DNA of 64,000 nt from assembly GCA_046485185.1 (NCBI GenBank), contig JAWOHL010000041.1, positions 3,299 to 67,298 on the forward strand, in the 5' to 3' direction. The position numbers and the translations under genes were made by a program. Each line of letters begins with the position of its first letter. Position 1 is the stretch's first letter. The notes under the pieces were generated by a model that saw nothing but the letters and a program-made list of their open reading frames with translations, ran no database searches and was not told where the DNA came from. The DNA comes from Candidatus Fermentibacteraceae bacterium. Its GTDB lineage: Bacteria; Fermentibacterota; Fermentibacteria; Fermentibacterales; JCC-6. Positions 44,963 through 54,403 of the stretch are shown one piece after another.

Positions 44963-46138
44963 CTAGCGCACCGGCGACCACGCCGGGCAGTAACTCTCTC
45001 CGCCGGTGGAGAGCCTGTGAACCTTCAGACTGTTCAACTCCATCATGTAAATGCTTCGCACGCCGTCCATGTCGCTGGAAAAAGCAATGTGGCGCCCCGT
45101 GGGGGACCAGACCGGGTCTTCGTTGAGCGTTCCCCGGGTGGTCACCTGCCTTATCTCGGTTCCGTCCGAGTTCATCACGAAGATGTGAAAACCGCTTCCC
45201 GCCCTTGCACAGTAGGCTATCCTGTCACCCCGGGGCGACCATGAGGGGCTGTCGCAGTATCCGTGGGAGAACCCGGCCCTCTCCGCGCTCCCGCCCGAGG
45301 CGCTCATCCAGTAGAGCTGGGGATAACCAACCCGGTCGCTGGTGAAGATCAGTTGAAGCCCGTTGGGGGAGAAGCTGGCCGATGTCTCGATGCTGTTCCG
45401 TGCCGTGAGGGGTGTGAGACTGCCGCCCGAAACGCTGTAAAGCCAGAGGTCGGAGCTTCCGTTCTCGGAACGGGTGAATGCGAGCTGGCTTCCGGTCGGG
45501 CTCCAGGCCGGAGCCGTGTTCACCCCTCCCGAGATGATCCGTGATGCGGAACCCGAGGTGAAGGAATACGTGTAGATGTCGCCTGTTCCCGCCCTGTAGG
45601 AAGTGAAGGCGATGCGGTCGCCCAGTGGGCTCCACGCGGGAGTGGTCAGCACCTGACCGTCCCGCATTATCGTGGACGATGGCCTGGGATCGAGGGTTTT
45701 TACGACAAGCCTCCACTCCTCGCCCCCCCGGACTATGTAGGCAATTCTGGTGGACGCTATCCCCTGTTCCCCCGTGAGGGCAAAGACCAGGTCATCCGAC
45801 AGGCTGTGCACCATGTCGTGAAGCGAGGAGCCCTGGTACTCTTTGATGAGCACCCCTTCTCCCTCGGCTTCGGCCCTGGCTGAGATGATCCAGCTCCCCT
45901 CGCTTCCCAAAACCCGGGCTGAAAGCTTCACGAAAGCCTCGTTCTCGGGAACGGTTATGAGAAGCCCCGAAAAATCGATGTCGAACACGAGCTGATCGCG
46001 GACTGTTACCGCCCCCTCGCCCCCTCCCTCAACGCGAACGCTCACGGGAAGGCACTGGGCGCCTATGGGTGTCATGGGAAGGAATTCGGCGGCCTGAAGG
46101 CAGACCGGTATCGCAAGGATAAGGACAAGCAATTTCAA
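44963..46138 (-). CDS. tolB: TolB-like periplasmic beta-propeller protein
   Basis: Repeated PAWSPxGxxIAFxS...G..DIY/LW blades (at least 5). Positioned between tolA and pal. Confidence 0.75.
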   Translation of the reverse strand: MKLLVLILAIPVCLQAAEFLPMTPIGAQCLPVSVRVEGGGEGAVTVRDQLVFDIDFSGLLITVPENEAFVKLSARVLGSEGSWIISARAEAEGEGVLIKEYQGSSLHDMVHSLSDDLVFALTGEQGIASTRIAYIVRGGEEWRLVVKTLDPRPSSTIMRDGQVLTTPAWSPLGDRIAFTSYRAGTGDIYTYSFTSGSASRIISGGVNTAPAWSPTGSQLAFTRSENGSSDLWLYSVSGGSLTPLTARNSIETSASFSPNGLQLIFTSDRVGYPQLYWMSASGGSAERAGFSHGYCDSPSWSPRGDRIAYCARAGSGFHIFVMNSDGTEIRQVTTRGTLNEDPVWSPTGRHIAFSSDMDGVRSIYMMELNSLKVHRLSTGGESYCPAWSPVR

Positions 46139-46163
46139 AGGTTTCTCCCCTCACGCCCCTGAA

Positions 46164-46934
46164 CTACTCGGGACCCAGAAACTCTATACTCAATCTGACC
46201 GGATTTGTTCGACCCGGAGGCATCGGAGGTATGTTGGCCGTTTCGAGGGCGTGCTCGACAGCCCTGTCGAAGGCGGAGCTTCCGCTCTGCCTGACGACCT
46301 CGTACCTGTAAGTCCCGTCTGTGTTGACCGTGAAGTGGATGCGGTAGGTATTGGGAGGATCGGTTGATGTGACGAAGTTCCTTCTGATCGCGGCGAACAC
46401 CCTTCCCTCGTAGCTTGCGGGTCCGGGCGCTCCGGCGCCGGCCTCTCCGGAAGAACCGACGGTGACGAACTGACCTGCGGGCTGCACTTCAGCGGGCTGC
46501 ACTTCAGCGGGCTGCACCTCGGCGGGCTGCACCTCGGCGGGCTGCACCTCGGCGGGCTGAATTTCAGCGGGCTGAATTTCGACGGGCTCGATTTCAACAG
46601 GTTCGACCTCGGCAGGTTCAACCACTCTGGATTCCATCAGTTCCTGTATCAGTTCTGGAATCTGTACTGTTTCTTCCACCTGAACCTGTTCGATCTCGGT
46701 CGAAACATGCTGAGGGCTCCCGGAGTCCGACAAGGGATCGAAGACCACCATCTCCACGGAAACCATTGAACCGCCGCCCATGATGACCGGTGTCGGGCCG
46801 GAGTTCATTAGCAGCCCTGCAAGAATTATCAGTACAAGAACTCCCGTGTGGACCCCGAACGACATGACCATGGCCGACCGGTCGACGACCGGAGACCGGC
46901 TGATGGGTCTGCGGAAAGCTTCAGTGCTGTTCAC
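46164..46934 (-). CDS. tolA: TolA/TonB-family energy-transducer protein with pentapeptide-repeat linker
   Basis: One N-terminal TM helix, a (P-A/V-E-V/I-Q/E)n linker, and a TonB_C-like C-terminus (YRIHFTVNTDGTYRYEVVRQSGSSAFDRAV). Assigned as tolA by its position after tolR. Confidence 0.65.
   Translation of the reverse strand: MNSTEAFRRPISRSPVVDRSAMVMSFGVHTGVLVLIILAGLLMNSGPTPVIMGGGSMVSVEMVVFDPLSDSGSPQHVSTEIEQVQVEETVQIPELIQELMESRVVEPAEVEPVEIEPVEIQPAEIQPAEVQPAEVQPAEVQPAEVQPAEVQPAGQFVTVGSSGEAGAGAPGPASYEGRVFAAIRRNFVTSTDPPNTYRIHFTVNTDGTYRYEVVRQSGSSAFDRAVEHALETANIPPMPPGRTNPVRLSIEFLGPE
46478..46622. repeat. 15-bp tandem repeat, ~9.7 units, inside tolA
   Basis: cgggctgcacttcag x2, cgggctgcacctcgg x3, then five progressively diverged units. 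In frame, these encode PAEVQ/PAEIQ/PVEIE. Confidence 0.9.
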
Positions 46935-47334
46935 TCACGGACTCCTGTACAAGGCCGACGTTTACGTACCCGCCCCTGCGCAGCTCTGTCAGCGCCAGGG
47001 CAAGAACCGTGTACCGGGCCTCGCCGTCGGCCCTCACAAAGGCTTCGGTGCGCCCGCCCGCAAGGGCTGCCGCCGCGAGGCCGGAGAGGTCAGCCGGGGC
47101 CACCGGCTCACCGGCAACGGTAATGTTACCAAGTGCATCGATCTCCACCAGAAGGGATGTTCCTGGGTCAAGCCGGTTCAGGATGCGCCCCTGATCAGTG
47201 GAGGGGGGCCTGACATCGGCGCTGCGGTGGATCACCGGAGCGCTAAGCATGAAGATCACCAGCAGGACGAACGTGACGTCCACGAGATTCGTGACGTTGA
47301 TGCTCGATAACTGCCGGTACCTGGGACGGATCAT
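46921..47334 (-). CDS. tolR: Biopolymer transport protein TolR/ExbD
   Basis: INVTNLVDVTFVLLVIFML. The ATG 47334 start overlaps the tolQ stop (ATGA). Confidence 0.85.
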   Translation of the reverse strand: MIRPRYRQLSSINVTNLVDVTFVLLVIFMLSAPVIHRSADVRPPSTDQGRILNRLDPGTSLLVEIDALGNITVAGEPVAPADLSGLAAAALAGGRTEAFVRADGEARYTVLALALTELRRGGYVNVGLVQESVSEQH

Positions 47335-47999
47335 GTTATGCTGCCCCTTCTGCACACGTCTACAAGCTCGGAGAGGAAACGGTCGATCTCTCCCGCCAGG
47401 TCGTCGACCTTCCCGACGGAGTAGTTGTGGAACACATTGGCGGGAATGGCGGCAAGAAGCCCCGCAACGGTTGTGGTAAGGGCGGCCGCGATGCCTGAGC
47501 CCACCGCGCTTATGTCAGCCGAGCCCATCTCCCGCATGCCGATGAAACTGGCCAGCACGCCCCACACGGTTCCCAGAAGCCCGAGCAGGGGGCTGACGCT
47601 GGTGACAGTGGCAAGAAAGCCTATGTTCCTGCTTCGCTGGGCCAGGTCTTCGCTGGCCTCCCTTTCGAGAGATCCGTGAAGGATCGCAACCTCTTCGCCC
47701 GTCAGGGGACCTGTGATGCCGAGGTCGCTCCTGCGGCGCAGGAACCGTCCGGCTTCGGCGTACATCCTGGCAAGGGGGCCCATCTCGGAACTGTTTTTCA
47801 GAAAATCCCCGCCGGGGGGACGCCCCGTTGTGCGAAGTGCTTCCATGAACATGCGCGAAGCCCCGCTTATCCGCGAAAGCTCCTTAAGCTTGGAGATGGC
47901 AACCGACCAGGCGCCAATCGACAGCACGAGTATCAGAAGAAGGATGAACTTGGTGAACCCGTCGGCGGCTGTCACCGTTGACCAGACCAGACCCAGCAT
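47331..47999 (-). CDS. tolQ: MotA/TolQ/ExbB proton-channel protein
   Basis: Three TM helices. LATVTSVSPLLGLLGTVWGV...ALTTTVAGL. Confidence 0.85.
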   Translation of the reverse strand: MLGLVWSTVTAADGFTKFILLLILVLSIGAWSVAISKLKELSRISGASRMFMEALRTTGRPPGGDFLKNSSEMGPLARMYAEAGRFLRRRSDLGITGPLTGEEVAILHGSLEREASEDLAQRSRNIGFLATVTSVSPLLGLLGTVWGVLASFIGMREMGSADISAVGSGIAAALTTTVAGLLAAIPANVFHNYSVGKVDDLAGEIDRFLSELVDVCRRGSIT

Positions 48000-48000
48000 A

Positions 48001-48387
48001 TCAGTCCCTTCCGGAAAGGGCTACTGCCTCTATCTCCACAAGCCCCCCCAGGGGAAGCCCGGCGACCTGGTAGGCGGCCCTGGCGGGGAAAGGCTCGGTG
48101 AAGTAGCGCGCATAAATACCGTTGACCCTGGCAAAATCCTTCATGTCCGCAAGCAGGACGGTCGTTTTGACAACCCGGTCGAGGGATGACCCGCCCGCTT
48201 CGAGAACGGCCTTCAGATTATCAAGGGCCAGTTCAGCCTGTTCCTCGACCGTTGGGGGCATGACGCCCGTCGAGGGGTCGATGCCGAGCTGACCGCTTGC
48301 GAAAACAAGCCCTTCAGTGAGAACGGCCTGGCTGTAGGGACCCACGGGTGCCGGAGCGCTGCTTGAGCGAACCTGTGTTTTAGTCAT
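48001..48387 (-). CDS. RidA/YjgF-family reactive-intermediate deaminase
   Basis: APAPVGPYSQAV...ASGQLGIDP...EIEAVA. AGGGAGG SD before ATG 48387. Confidence 0.85.
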   Translation of the reverse strand: MTKTQVRSSSAPAPVGPYSQAVLTEGLVFASGQLGIDPSTGVMPPTVEEQAELALDNLKAVLEAGGSSLDRVVKTTVLLADMKDFARVNGIYARYFTEPFPARAAYQVAGLPLGGLVEIEAVALSGRD

Positions 48388-48497
48388 GAAGACCTCCCTG
48401 TATTTCACTGGGCAATATACACCCAAAACGGGCATAGTGTTCCATTTCAATGTTTTCTGGCTGAACTGCAGGAACTTGGCCAGGCGCCGCGCTTGTG

Positions 48498-51323
48498 TCA
48501 GTCCTGGACGACCCTTCGGATCACGTCGGACAGTTCCGAGAGCGTGTAGGGCTTGCTCAACACTCCGCTGAACCCGAAATCGCGGTAGCTGGCCATTATG
48601 CTGTTGCCCGCGTAACCACTGGACACTATCACCCTGGCATCGGGGTCTAAGGCCAGCACCTCGCGAACGGCCTGTTCACCGCCCATCCCCCCGGGAATGG
48701 TGAGGTCCATGATAACGGCATCGTACCTGCGGCCGGCATCCAGGGCGCTTCGGTACATGGAGATGGCCGTGGCCCCGTCCGAGGCCTCGTCAACCGTGCA
48801 TCCCAGGGCGCCCAGAAGGTTGCTTGCCGCTGTCCGCACCATCTCCTCGTCATCGAGGACAAGGATCCTCTCCGTGTGTTCAGTGGGGAGCCCGGTGATC
48901 AGGGCCGGACAAGTCGTCCCGGCAAGGGCCGCGGGCATCAGCACTTCGAAGAGCGCCCCTTTGTCGGAAGGCAGTATCCTGATCCGCCCCCCATGTCTCA
49001 CGACTATGGAGTGGCTGGTCGTGAGGCCCAGCCCGTGCCCCTTCTCCCGTGTGGTAAAATAGGGATCGAACACCCTGTCGGTGATACTTCTGTGAATCCC
49101 CGGCCCTGAATCCTGGAAGAGGATCCTCACGTACCTGCCCGAGGGCAAACCCTCCTCGTCCGTGGCCTTCAGCGCGGCGTTGCGGGCGGATATGCTGAGG
49201 CTCCCGGAATCGTTCATGGCCTGCTTCGCGTTCAGGACCAGGTTGCTCACCACCTGCGAGAACTGCCCGGGGTCGGCCTCGAGATTCCAGAGGTCGCGGT
49301 CCGACTCGATTGAGAACGACACTCCCGACCCCCGAAGAAGGAACCTCGTGGCCTGTTCAAGAAGCTCGGCCGTATGAACCGCCCTTTTCACCGGAGCACC
49401 CCCCTGTGCGAACGTGAGGAGCTGGTTGGTCAGGTGCTTCGCACTCAGGGCGGCCTTCTCCGCATCCTCTGCGAAGGTCCTGAACTTCTTTGACTCGGGT
49501 TTCTCGCGTTTCAGAAGGCTGAGGTTTGCCAGTATGCCCGTGAGGATGTTGTTGAAGTCGTGCGCGATGCCTCCCGCCAGAACGCCGACCGATTCAAGCC
49601 TCTCGTTCCGTGCTGCTTCGGCCTCGAGGGCGAGCTTCCGCGTGGCGTCCTGGATCCCCACGAAGTAAAGCCTTCTGCCGGATTCCTCGAAGACTGAACC
49701 CCTGGCCTCGAAGGGAAAACCCGATCCATCGGGTTTTGACACCTGCCCCGTGAACCGGAACTCCTCATCCGGAGATTCAGGGTCAAGGAAACACCGCAAC
49801 CGCTCTGCACCCTGGCGCAGGAAACCGTAGAAGTCAAGGCCCATGAGCTCATTGCAGCCGCAACCCAGGATGCTTCGTGCCTGCGGGTTGCAGTCCTGCA
49901 CAACACCTTTTTCGTCGAGGAGCAGTATTGCGGATGGGTCAGCGGCCATCAACCTGGACAGCCGCCCCCTTGAGGCGGTGAGTTCCTCGATGGCCCGCAT
50001 GCGGAGTATGGCGTTGCCGAGCTGGGCGCCCACGCTCTCCAGAAGTTCCTGGTCCGCCTGTGTGAACTGGTCCGCTCTATCGTAGCTTTGAACGGCAACT
50101 ACGCCGACCGGTTCCTTTCCGGCCCTTAGGGGAACGCCAAGCCATTGCTCGGCAGGCGTTCCCAGATGCACCCCGCCGGTCCGGCGGTAGTAGGCGCTTA
50201 TCTCGTCACGGTTCCACCTTACGGCGATGTTGGAGTGGTACACGTTGTGGGTCAGGGACCCGGGATTATCGATCTCGGTGTAATCGTCGAACCTGTCCAG
50301 TATTTTGGGAATTCGGAACACGTCCCTTTCCGGAACATACACCGCAACGAAAAGGTTCGAGGTTTCCATGACATCGGCCAGAGCCCCCACGAGTTTGCCG
50401 CACAGTTCGTCGAGTGAGTCCGCATCGTTTACCGCGCCGGCCACTGTGGCGAGCGTGGAGTTCACCCTGAGGGCACGGTTCTTCTTCATGACCTCCCGGC
50501 TCAACCTCACGTTGCTGACGAAAACAAAGACAACGCCCGACAGGGCAAGCACTCCCAGCACAACAAGCAAAACCCTGTGATGGGAACCTGTTTCGGGGAA
50601 TATCCACTTGCTCCGGAGGGCGTAGTAGACAGACTCGTCATCGGCCTTCAGGGCCGCAAGATGCCAGTCGATGGCTGAGATGAGGGGCACCGCCGTCCGG
50701 GTATTGCCCGCTATCCTGCTCTGAACGGGATTCCACACCACAGGCGACCCCTCAAGGCCCAGTCCGGGTCCGAAGAAGGCTACAGCGTGCCACGGAACCG
50801 CCGCGCCGTCGGCCGTGCCGTCGGCTACGGCCTGCATCGCCCCGCGAAAATTCGACACCCAGACCGGCGTCACTGTTACGCCAAGCCTTTCCACGAGTTC
50901 AAGAAATGTCATGGAGTGGATGTCTTCGTGGATCATGGCTATCGTCGCGCCCTCGAGTTCGGCCATTGAGCCGAACCTTCCCGAACGCTGAACAGCCACG
51001 GTGGACCACCCGGAATAGACGCTGTTCTCGGAGAAGAGAAAATGCTCCCTCCGGGCAGGCGTCATGGCAATGGAGAGCAGGAGGTCGATCTCGCCGCTTT
51101 CCAGCCATTCAAGCAGCTCGGACCACTCCCCCGGCAAGAACTCCAGCTCCCATTGCTCGGACTGGGCGATGTGGTTCACCAGCTCGACATAGAAACCGTC
51201 AGGCTCGCCGGAGGGGTTGGTGAAGGCCATGGGCGGGTTCTCTTCGTAACCCACCCTGACCGTGATCGATGCCGCAAAAGACAGCAGAAGGGCGAGAGCA
51301 TTCATGCCCGAAAGATAGCCCAA
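48498..51323 (-). CDS. Hybrid sensor histidine kinase/response regulator with periplasmic SBP_bac_3, GAF and PAS domains
   Basis: Periplasmic VRVGYEENPPMAF...DLLLSIAMTPARREHF, one TM helix, a GAF-like region and a PAS region. H-box GGIAHDFNNILT, HATPase (GHGLGL), receiver (VLDDEE...IMDLTIPGGMGG). Confidence 0.85.
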   Translation of the reverse strand: MGYLSGMNALALLLSFAASITVRVGYEENPPMAFTNPSGEPDGFYVELVNHIAQSEQWELEFLPGEWSELLEWLESGEIDLLLSIAMTPARREHFLFSENSVYSGWSTVAVQRSGRFGSMAELEGATIAMIHEDIHSMTFLELVERLGVTVTPVWVSNFRGAMQAVADGTADGAAVPWHAVAFFGPGLGLEGSPVVWNPVQSRIAGNTRTAVPLISAIDWHLAALKADDESVYYALRSKWIFPETGSHHRVLLVVLGVLALSGVVFVFVSNVRLSREVMKKNRALRVNSTLATVAGAVNDADSLDELCGKLVGALADVMETSNLFVAVYVPERDVFRIPKILDRFDDYTEIDNPGSLTHNVYHSNIAVRWNRDEISAYYRRTGGVHLGTPAEQWLGVPLRAGKEPVGVVAVQSYDRADQFTQADQELLESVGAQLGNAILRMRAIEELTASRGRLSRLMAADPSAILLLDEKGVVQDCNPQARSILGCGCNELMGLDFYGFLRQGAERLRCFLDPESPDEEFRFTGQVSKPDGSGFPFEARGSVFEESGRRLYFVGIQDATRKLALEAEAARNERLESVGVLAGGIAHDFNNILTGILANLSLLKREKPESKKFRTFAEDAEKAALSAKHLTNQLLTFAQGGAPVKRAVHTAELLEQATRFLLRGSGVSFSIESDRDLWNLEADPGQFSQVVSNLVLNAKQAMNDSGSLSISARNAALKATDEEGLPSGRYVRILFQDSGPGIHRSITDRVFDPYFTTREKGHGLGLTTSHSIVVRHGGRIRILPSDKGALFEVLMPAALAGTTCPALITGLPTEHTERILVLDDEEMVRTAASNLLGALGCTVDEASDGATAISMYRSALDAGRRYDAVIMDLTIPGGMGGEQAVREVLALDPDARVIVSSGYAGNSIMASYRDFGFSGVLSKPYTLSELSDVIRRVVQD

Positions 51324-51351
51324 GCCCTTCCCGACTGAAAGGGCAAAGCCA

Positions 51352-51753
51352 TTACTTCTGCTTCAGAATGTCCCTGATCTCCCCCAGCAGAACCTCTTCC
51401 GCAGAAGGCGCGGGTGGCGCCGTGGTTGCCTGGGCCTTCCTGCGGGAAAGGCTGTTCATCCCCTTGACCATCATGAAGATGGCGAAAGCAACGATTACGA
51501 AGTCGAGAAGCGTCTGCAGGAACACCCCGTAGTTCAGGGTCACCGCCGCGGTCTCGCCCGCCGCCTCCCTGAGGACTATCGAAAGGTCTGTGAAATTCAC
51601 CCCTCCGATGAGCAGACCAATCGTAGGCATTATCAGATCGGCCACCAGCGACGAGATTATCTTGCCGAACGCCGCACCGATGATTATGCCCACCGCCACG
51701 TCCATCACGTTCCCCCGCATGGCAAACGCCTTGAACTCCTTCATCATTCCCAT
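51352..51753 (-). CDS. mscL: Large-conductance mechanosensitive channel
   Basis: [38 protein letters not shown]. Confidence 0.9.
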   Translation of the reverse strand: MGMMKEFKAFAMRGNVMDVAVGIIIGAAFGKIISSLVADLIMPTIGLLIGGVNFTDLSIVLREAAGETAAVTLNYGVFLQTLLDFVIVAFAIFMMVKGMNSLSRRKAQATTAPPAPSAEEVLLGEIRDILKQK

Positions 51754-51987
51754 AAAACCCTCCTTAGGGGACGGACTTAGATAACTTAGTTTACTGAGGT
51801 ATCTTGTTGTTGAGCAATACTCTAACCAAGCGCTTCCATCGTTGCTTCAATCGTTGCCATATTCCACCTTGGAGTTGATGACCCGGTGAGAAACATGAGA
51901 GCCGACAGGGGTTTCCGCAAGCAGGGGAAGTGGAGCCGCCGATCTCTGCAAGGACGGGTCTGAGCCGTCCATTCCGGAAAGGGGAAC

Positions 51988-52395
51988 ATGAAAAGGATTG
52001 CCGTAACACTGTTGCTCCTGGCCAGCGCGACCTTCGCTTCCGAGGAGGAATTCCTGGACTGGACATCGGCTTCAGTGCAGGTCTCGGGAACCTCTGAAGC
52101 CGGTGAGATATCAGCCATTGCTGCCGTGGAATCCGGCGTGTGGAGCTCTTTCACGATCAATGCCTTCGGTAAAACACATGTCCTGAACGACAACGAGCTA
52201 TCAGAGCTTTTCGGCTTCCCTCTCTCCTCCATGCGGACGACGCACGAGCAGGGTTACGAAGAGCTGGGTGGTTACACTGTGCATTTCCGTTTTGACAGGA
52301 CCTTCTACAGCGAAGAAAACGAGCTTGTTTCCCAGATCATCTACGTCTCCGTGAACCAGGAGGGGTTATCAGTGTCGGAACCCCGGATTCGGTGA
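51988..52395 (+). CDS. Secreted hypothetical protein
   Basis: Signal peptide MKRIAVTLLLLASATFA and an AAGGGGA SD. GC is visibly lower than in neighbouring genes. Confidence 0.45.
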   Translation: MKRIAVTLLLLASATFASEEEFLDWTSASVQVSGTSEAGEISAIAAVESGVWSSFTINAFGKTHVLNDNELSELFGFPLSSMRTTHEQGYEELGGYTVHFRFDRTFYSEENELVSQIIYVSVNQEGLSVSEPRIR

Positions 52396-52496
52396 ACAGG
52401 AACTCCAGAGGACGCGAACTGAAGAGAGGGCGTATCATTGGCACACTGAACATACCTGACTGTATGACAGCTTTTGCATAGACCACAGAGGTGAGA

Positions 52497-53705
52497 ATGG
52501 AACACTGCGAAGAACGCTGTTCCCGTATAATGGAACAGCTTTGTTCAGTCATCCCGGAACGTTGCGTGGGGAGCCCGGGCAACAGGAAGGCCACATCTTT
52601 CTTCGAGGCTGAAGCCCGACGCTCCGGCTGGCATACTGAATCACACGAAATGGATGTGATGGGTTGGAACGGCGGGAATGCTGCGCTTTCGGTGTCGGGC
52701 AAAGCGTTCGCGGTCAAAGCCAGCCCGTACAGCCCTGGCTGCCTTGTCGAAGCGCCCCTGATTTGCGCTTCTTCCCTGGAGGAGCTGCGGGCAACAGACG
52801 CATACGGCAAAGTGCTGCTCCTCCATGGCGGGCTGGCGCGTGAGCAGATCATGCCCAAGAACTTCGTCTTCTACAATCCCGAACACCACAGGGCCTTGAT
52901 AGAAATCCTCGAAGAGAAACAACCCGCAGCAATTCTGTGCGCCACAGGCAGAAACTCAGCGCTTGCGGGCGGGGTTTACCCCTTCCCTCTCATCGAAGAC
53001 GGTGATTTCAACATCCCGTCGGTGTACATGACCGAGGAGGAAGGCGCAAGATTGCTGCCTTTCACCGGCGGGATCGCCCACCTCGAATCCCAGTCGGTCC
53101 GGATACCCGAAAAGGCTTTCAACGTCATTGCCTGCAGGGGGAACGCCCGGGGGAAAAGGGTGGTCGTAACCGCCCATATCGACGCGAAAACTGGAACTCC
53201 CGGCGCCATCGACAACGCCACGGGAGTGGCGGTGATGCTCCTTCTGGCGGAGCTGCTGGCGGACTATCAGGGAGACCGGCTTATCGAACTGGCAGCCCTG
53301 AACGGCGAGGACTACTACGCTGTTCCCGGGCAGATGCAGTACATCGGGATGAACCGGGACAGGTTCGGAGACATTCTTCTGAACATCAACATCGACGGTG
53401 CAGGTTACCGGGATGGAAACAGCTCTTTTTCCTTCTTCGGTCTGCCGAAGCCTGTCATGGACGAGGCGAACCGTGTTCTGGAGCTCTTTCCAGAAATCGT
53501 GGAGGGTCCCCAGTGGCCACAGGGCGACCACAGCATCTTCGTTCAGATGGGCTGCCCGGCGCTGGCGGTCTCGTCGATGTGGCTGATCACGAACATGGAT
53601 ACTCAGGACGTGACCCACACCGGGAAAGACAACCCTGGAATAGTTGACTGCGGGAAGGTGGTCGGGATAGCCAGGGCACTCGACATGCTGATACGGGGAT
53701 TGTAG
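52497..53705 (+). CDS. M28-family metallopeptidase (aminopeptidase-like)
   Basis: [31 protein letters not shown] (zinc ligands H-x-D and D-N-A-T-G), NGEDYY. Start taken at ATG 52497 (GAGGTGA SD). Confidence 0.75.
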   Translation: MEHCEERCSRIMEQLCSVIPERCVGSPGNRKATSFFEAEARRSGWHTESHEMDVMGWNGGNAALSVSGKAFAVKASPYSPGCLVEAPLICASSLEELRATDAYGKVLLLHGGLAREQIMPKNFVFYNPEHHRALIEILEEKQPAAILCATGRNSALAGGVYPFPLIEDGDFNIPSVYMTEEEGARLLPFTGGIAHLESQSVRIPEKAFNVIACRGNARGKRVVVTAHIDAKTGTPGAIDNATGVAVMLLLAELLADYQGDRLIELAALNGEDYYAVPGQMQYIGMNRDRFGDILLNINIDGAGYRDGNSSFSFFGLPKPVMDEANRVLELFPEIVEGPQWPQGDHSIFVQMGCPALAVSSMWLITNMDTQDVTHTGKDNPGIVDCGKVVGIARALDMLIRGL

Positions 53706-53725
53706 ACTGGGGAGCTGTATGGAGG

Positions 53726-53910
53726 GTGCGAGTTTGCCACGGTCACATCTCAGCTTGCCATCTCAACCCGGCGGTGTCGCCGGGCCTCTGGGCCGGGGGG
53801 CGTTTCAAGGCGAAAGAGCTGTTCCCCTGATCGTTTTCCAGGTGCTGGGCGGAATCACCGCGGGCGGTGTGATCTACAGGTTCATCGGGGAAGGCAAGGG
53901 GCGAAAGTAG
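53726..53910 (+). pseudogene. Relic of an aquaporin/MIP gene (internal ~60-codon fragment, frameshifted)
   Basis: Frame 2 reads [29 protein letters not shown] then TGA. Frame 1 continues [25 protein letters not shown]. Joined, this aligns residue for residue with E. coli Aqp[55 protein letters not shown]. The shift sits in the C4 run at 53824-53827. Confidence 0.6.
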
Positions 53911-53939
53911 CTTCTTATTGCCCTGCGGACGGACGGGGC

Positions 53940-54401
53940 TTACCCGTGAAACACAACCGAGTGGCTTTTGAGCCCCCGCGTGTCGTACTCGAACCGGGCG
54001 CTCCAGAACCTCTCTGAGTCCAGCCACTTCATGAAGATGTGGTCACCCTCCCAGAGGGGCAGTGAGGACAGGTCCGAGTCGTTCACCCAGTGGATCGTGC
54101 CTTCGGGGCAGTTTTTTAGAAGATCTCCGGTGAATTCCGTGCAGGTGAAGACGAAGACGAACCAGTCCTGCTCGTCGGAAAACTCTGGGAAGGTTATGAC
54201 GCCCCGCAGCCTGGGGTTTTCCACCACAAGGCCACTTTCCTCCCTGACTTCCCTTGCGGCGCACTCTTCGGGGGTTTCACCGGGCTCCATCTTGCCGCCA
54301 AGGGTGTTCCATTTTCCCCGATGAACGTCGGCGGGGTTGCGGTCACGGCTGATCATCAGGGTTTGGCCTTCGCGCTTCAGGTAGCAGAGCACGCCGAGCA
54401 A
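53940..54401 (-). CDS. Nudix hydrolase (MutT-like)
   Basis: Nudix box GGKMEPGETPEECAAREVREESGL. Confidence 0.8.
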   Translation of the reverse strand: MLGVLCYLKREGQTLMISRDRNPADVHRGKWNTLGGKMEPGETPEECAAREVREESGLVVENPRLRGVITFPEFSDEQDWFVFVFTCTEFTGDLLKNCPEGTIHWVNDSDLSSLPLWEGDHIFMKWLDSERFWSARFEYDTRGLKSHSVVFHG

Positions 54402-54403
54402 GG

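Noticed and set aside
46478-46622. Regularly spaced 15-bp repeats considered as a possible CRISPR array or mobile-element end.
   Set aside because: The units are contiguous with no spacers, in frame, and inside a TolA/TonB-type gene where they encode a Pro/Glu/Val linker. No cas genes are present.
53719-53910. A 63-aa ORF ([11 protein letters not shown]...YRFIGEGKGRK) considered as a small membrane protein.
   Set aside because: Its C-terminal half and the adjacent +1 frame together reconstruct an internal piece of an aquaporin. It is better explained as a frameshifted gene relic.
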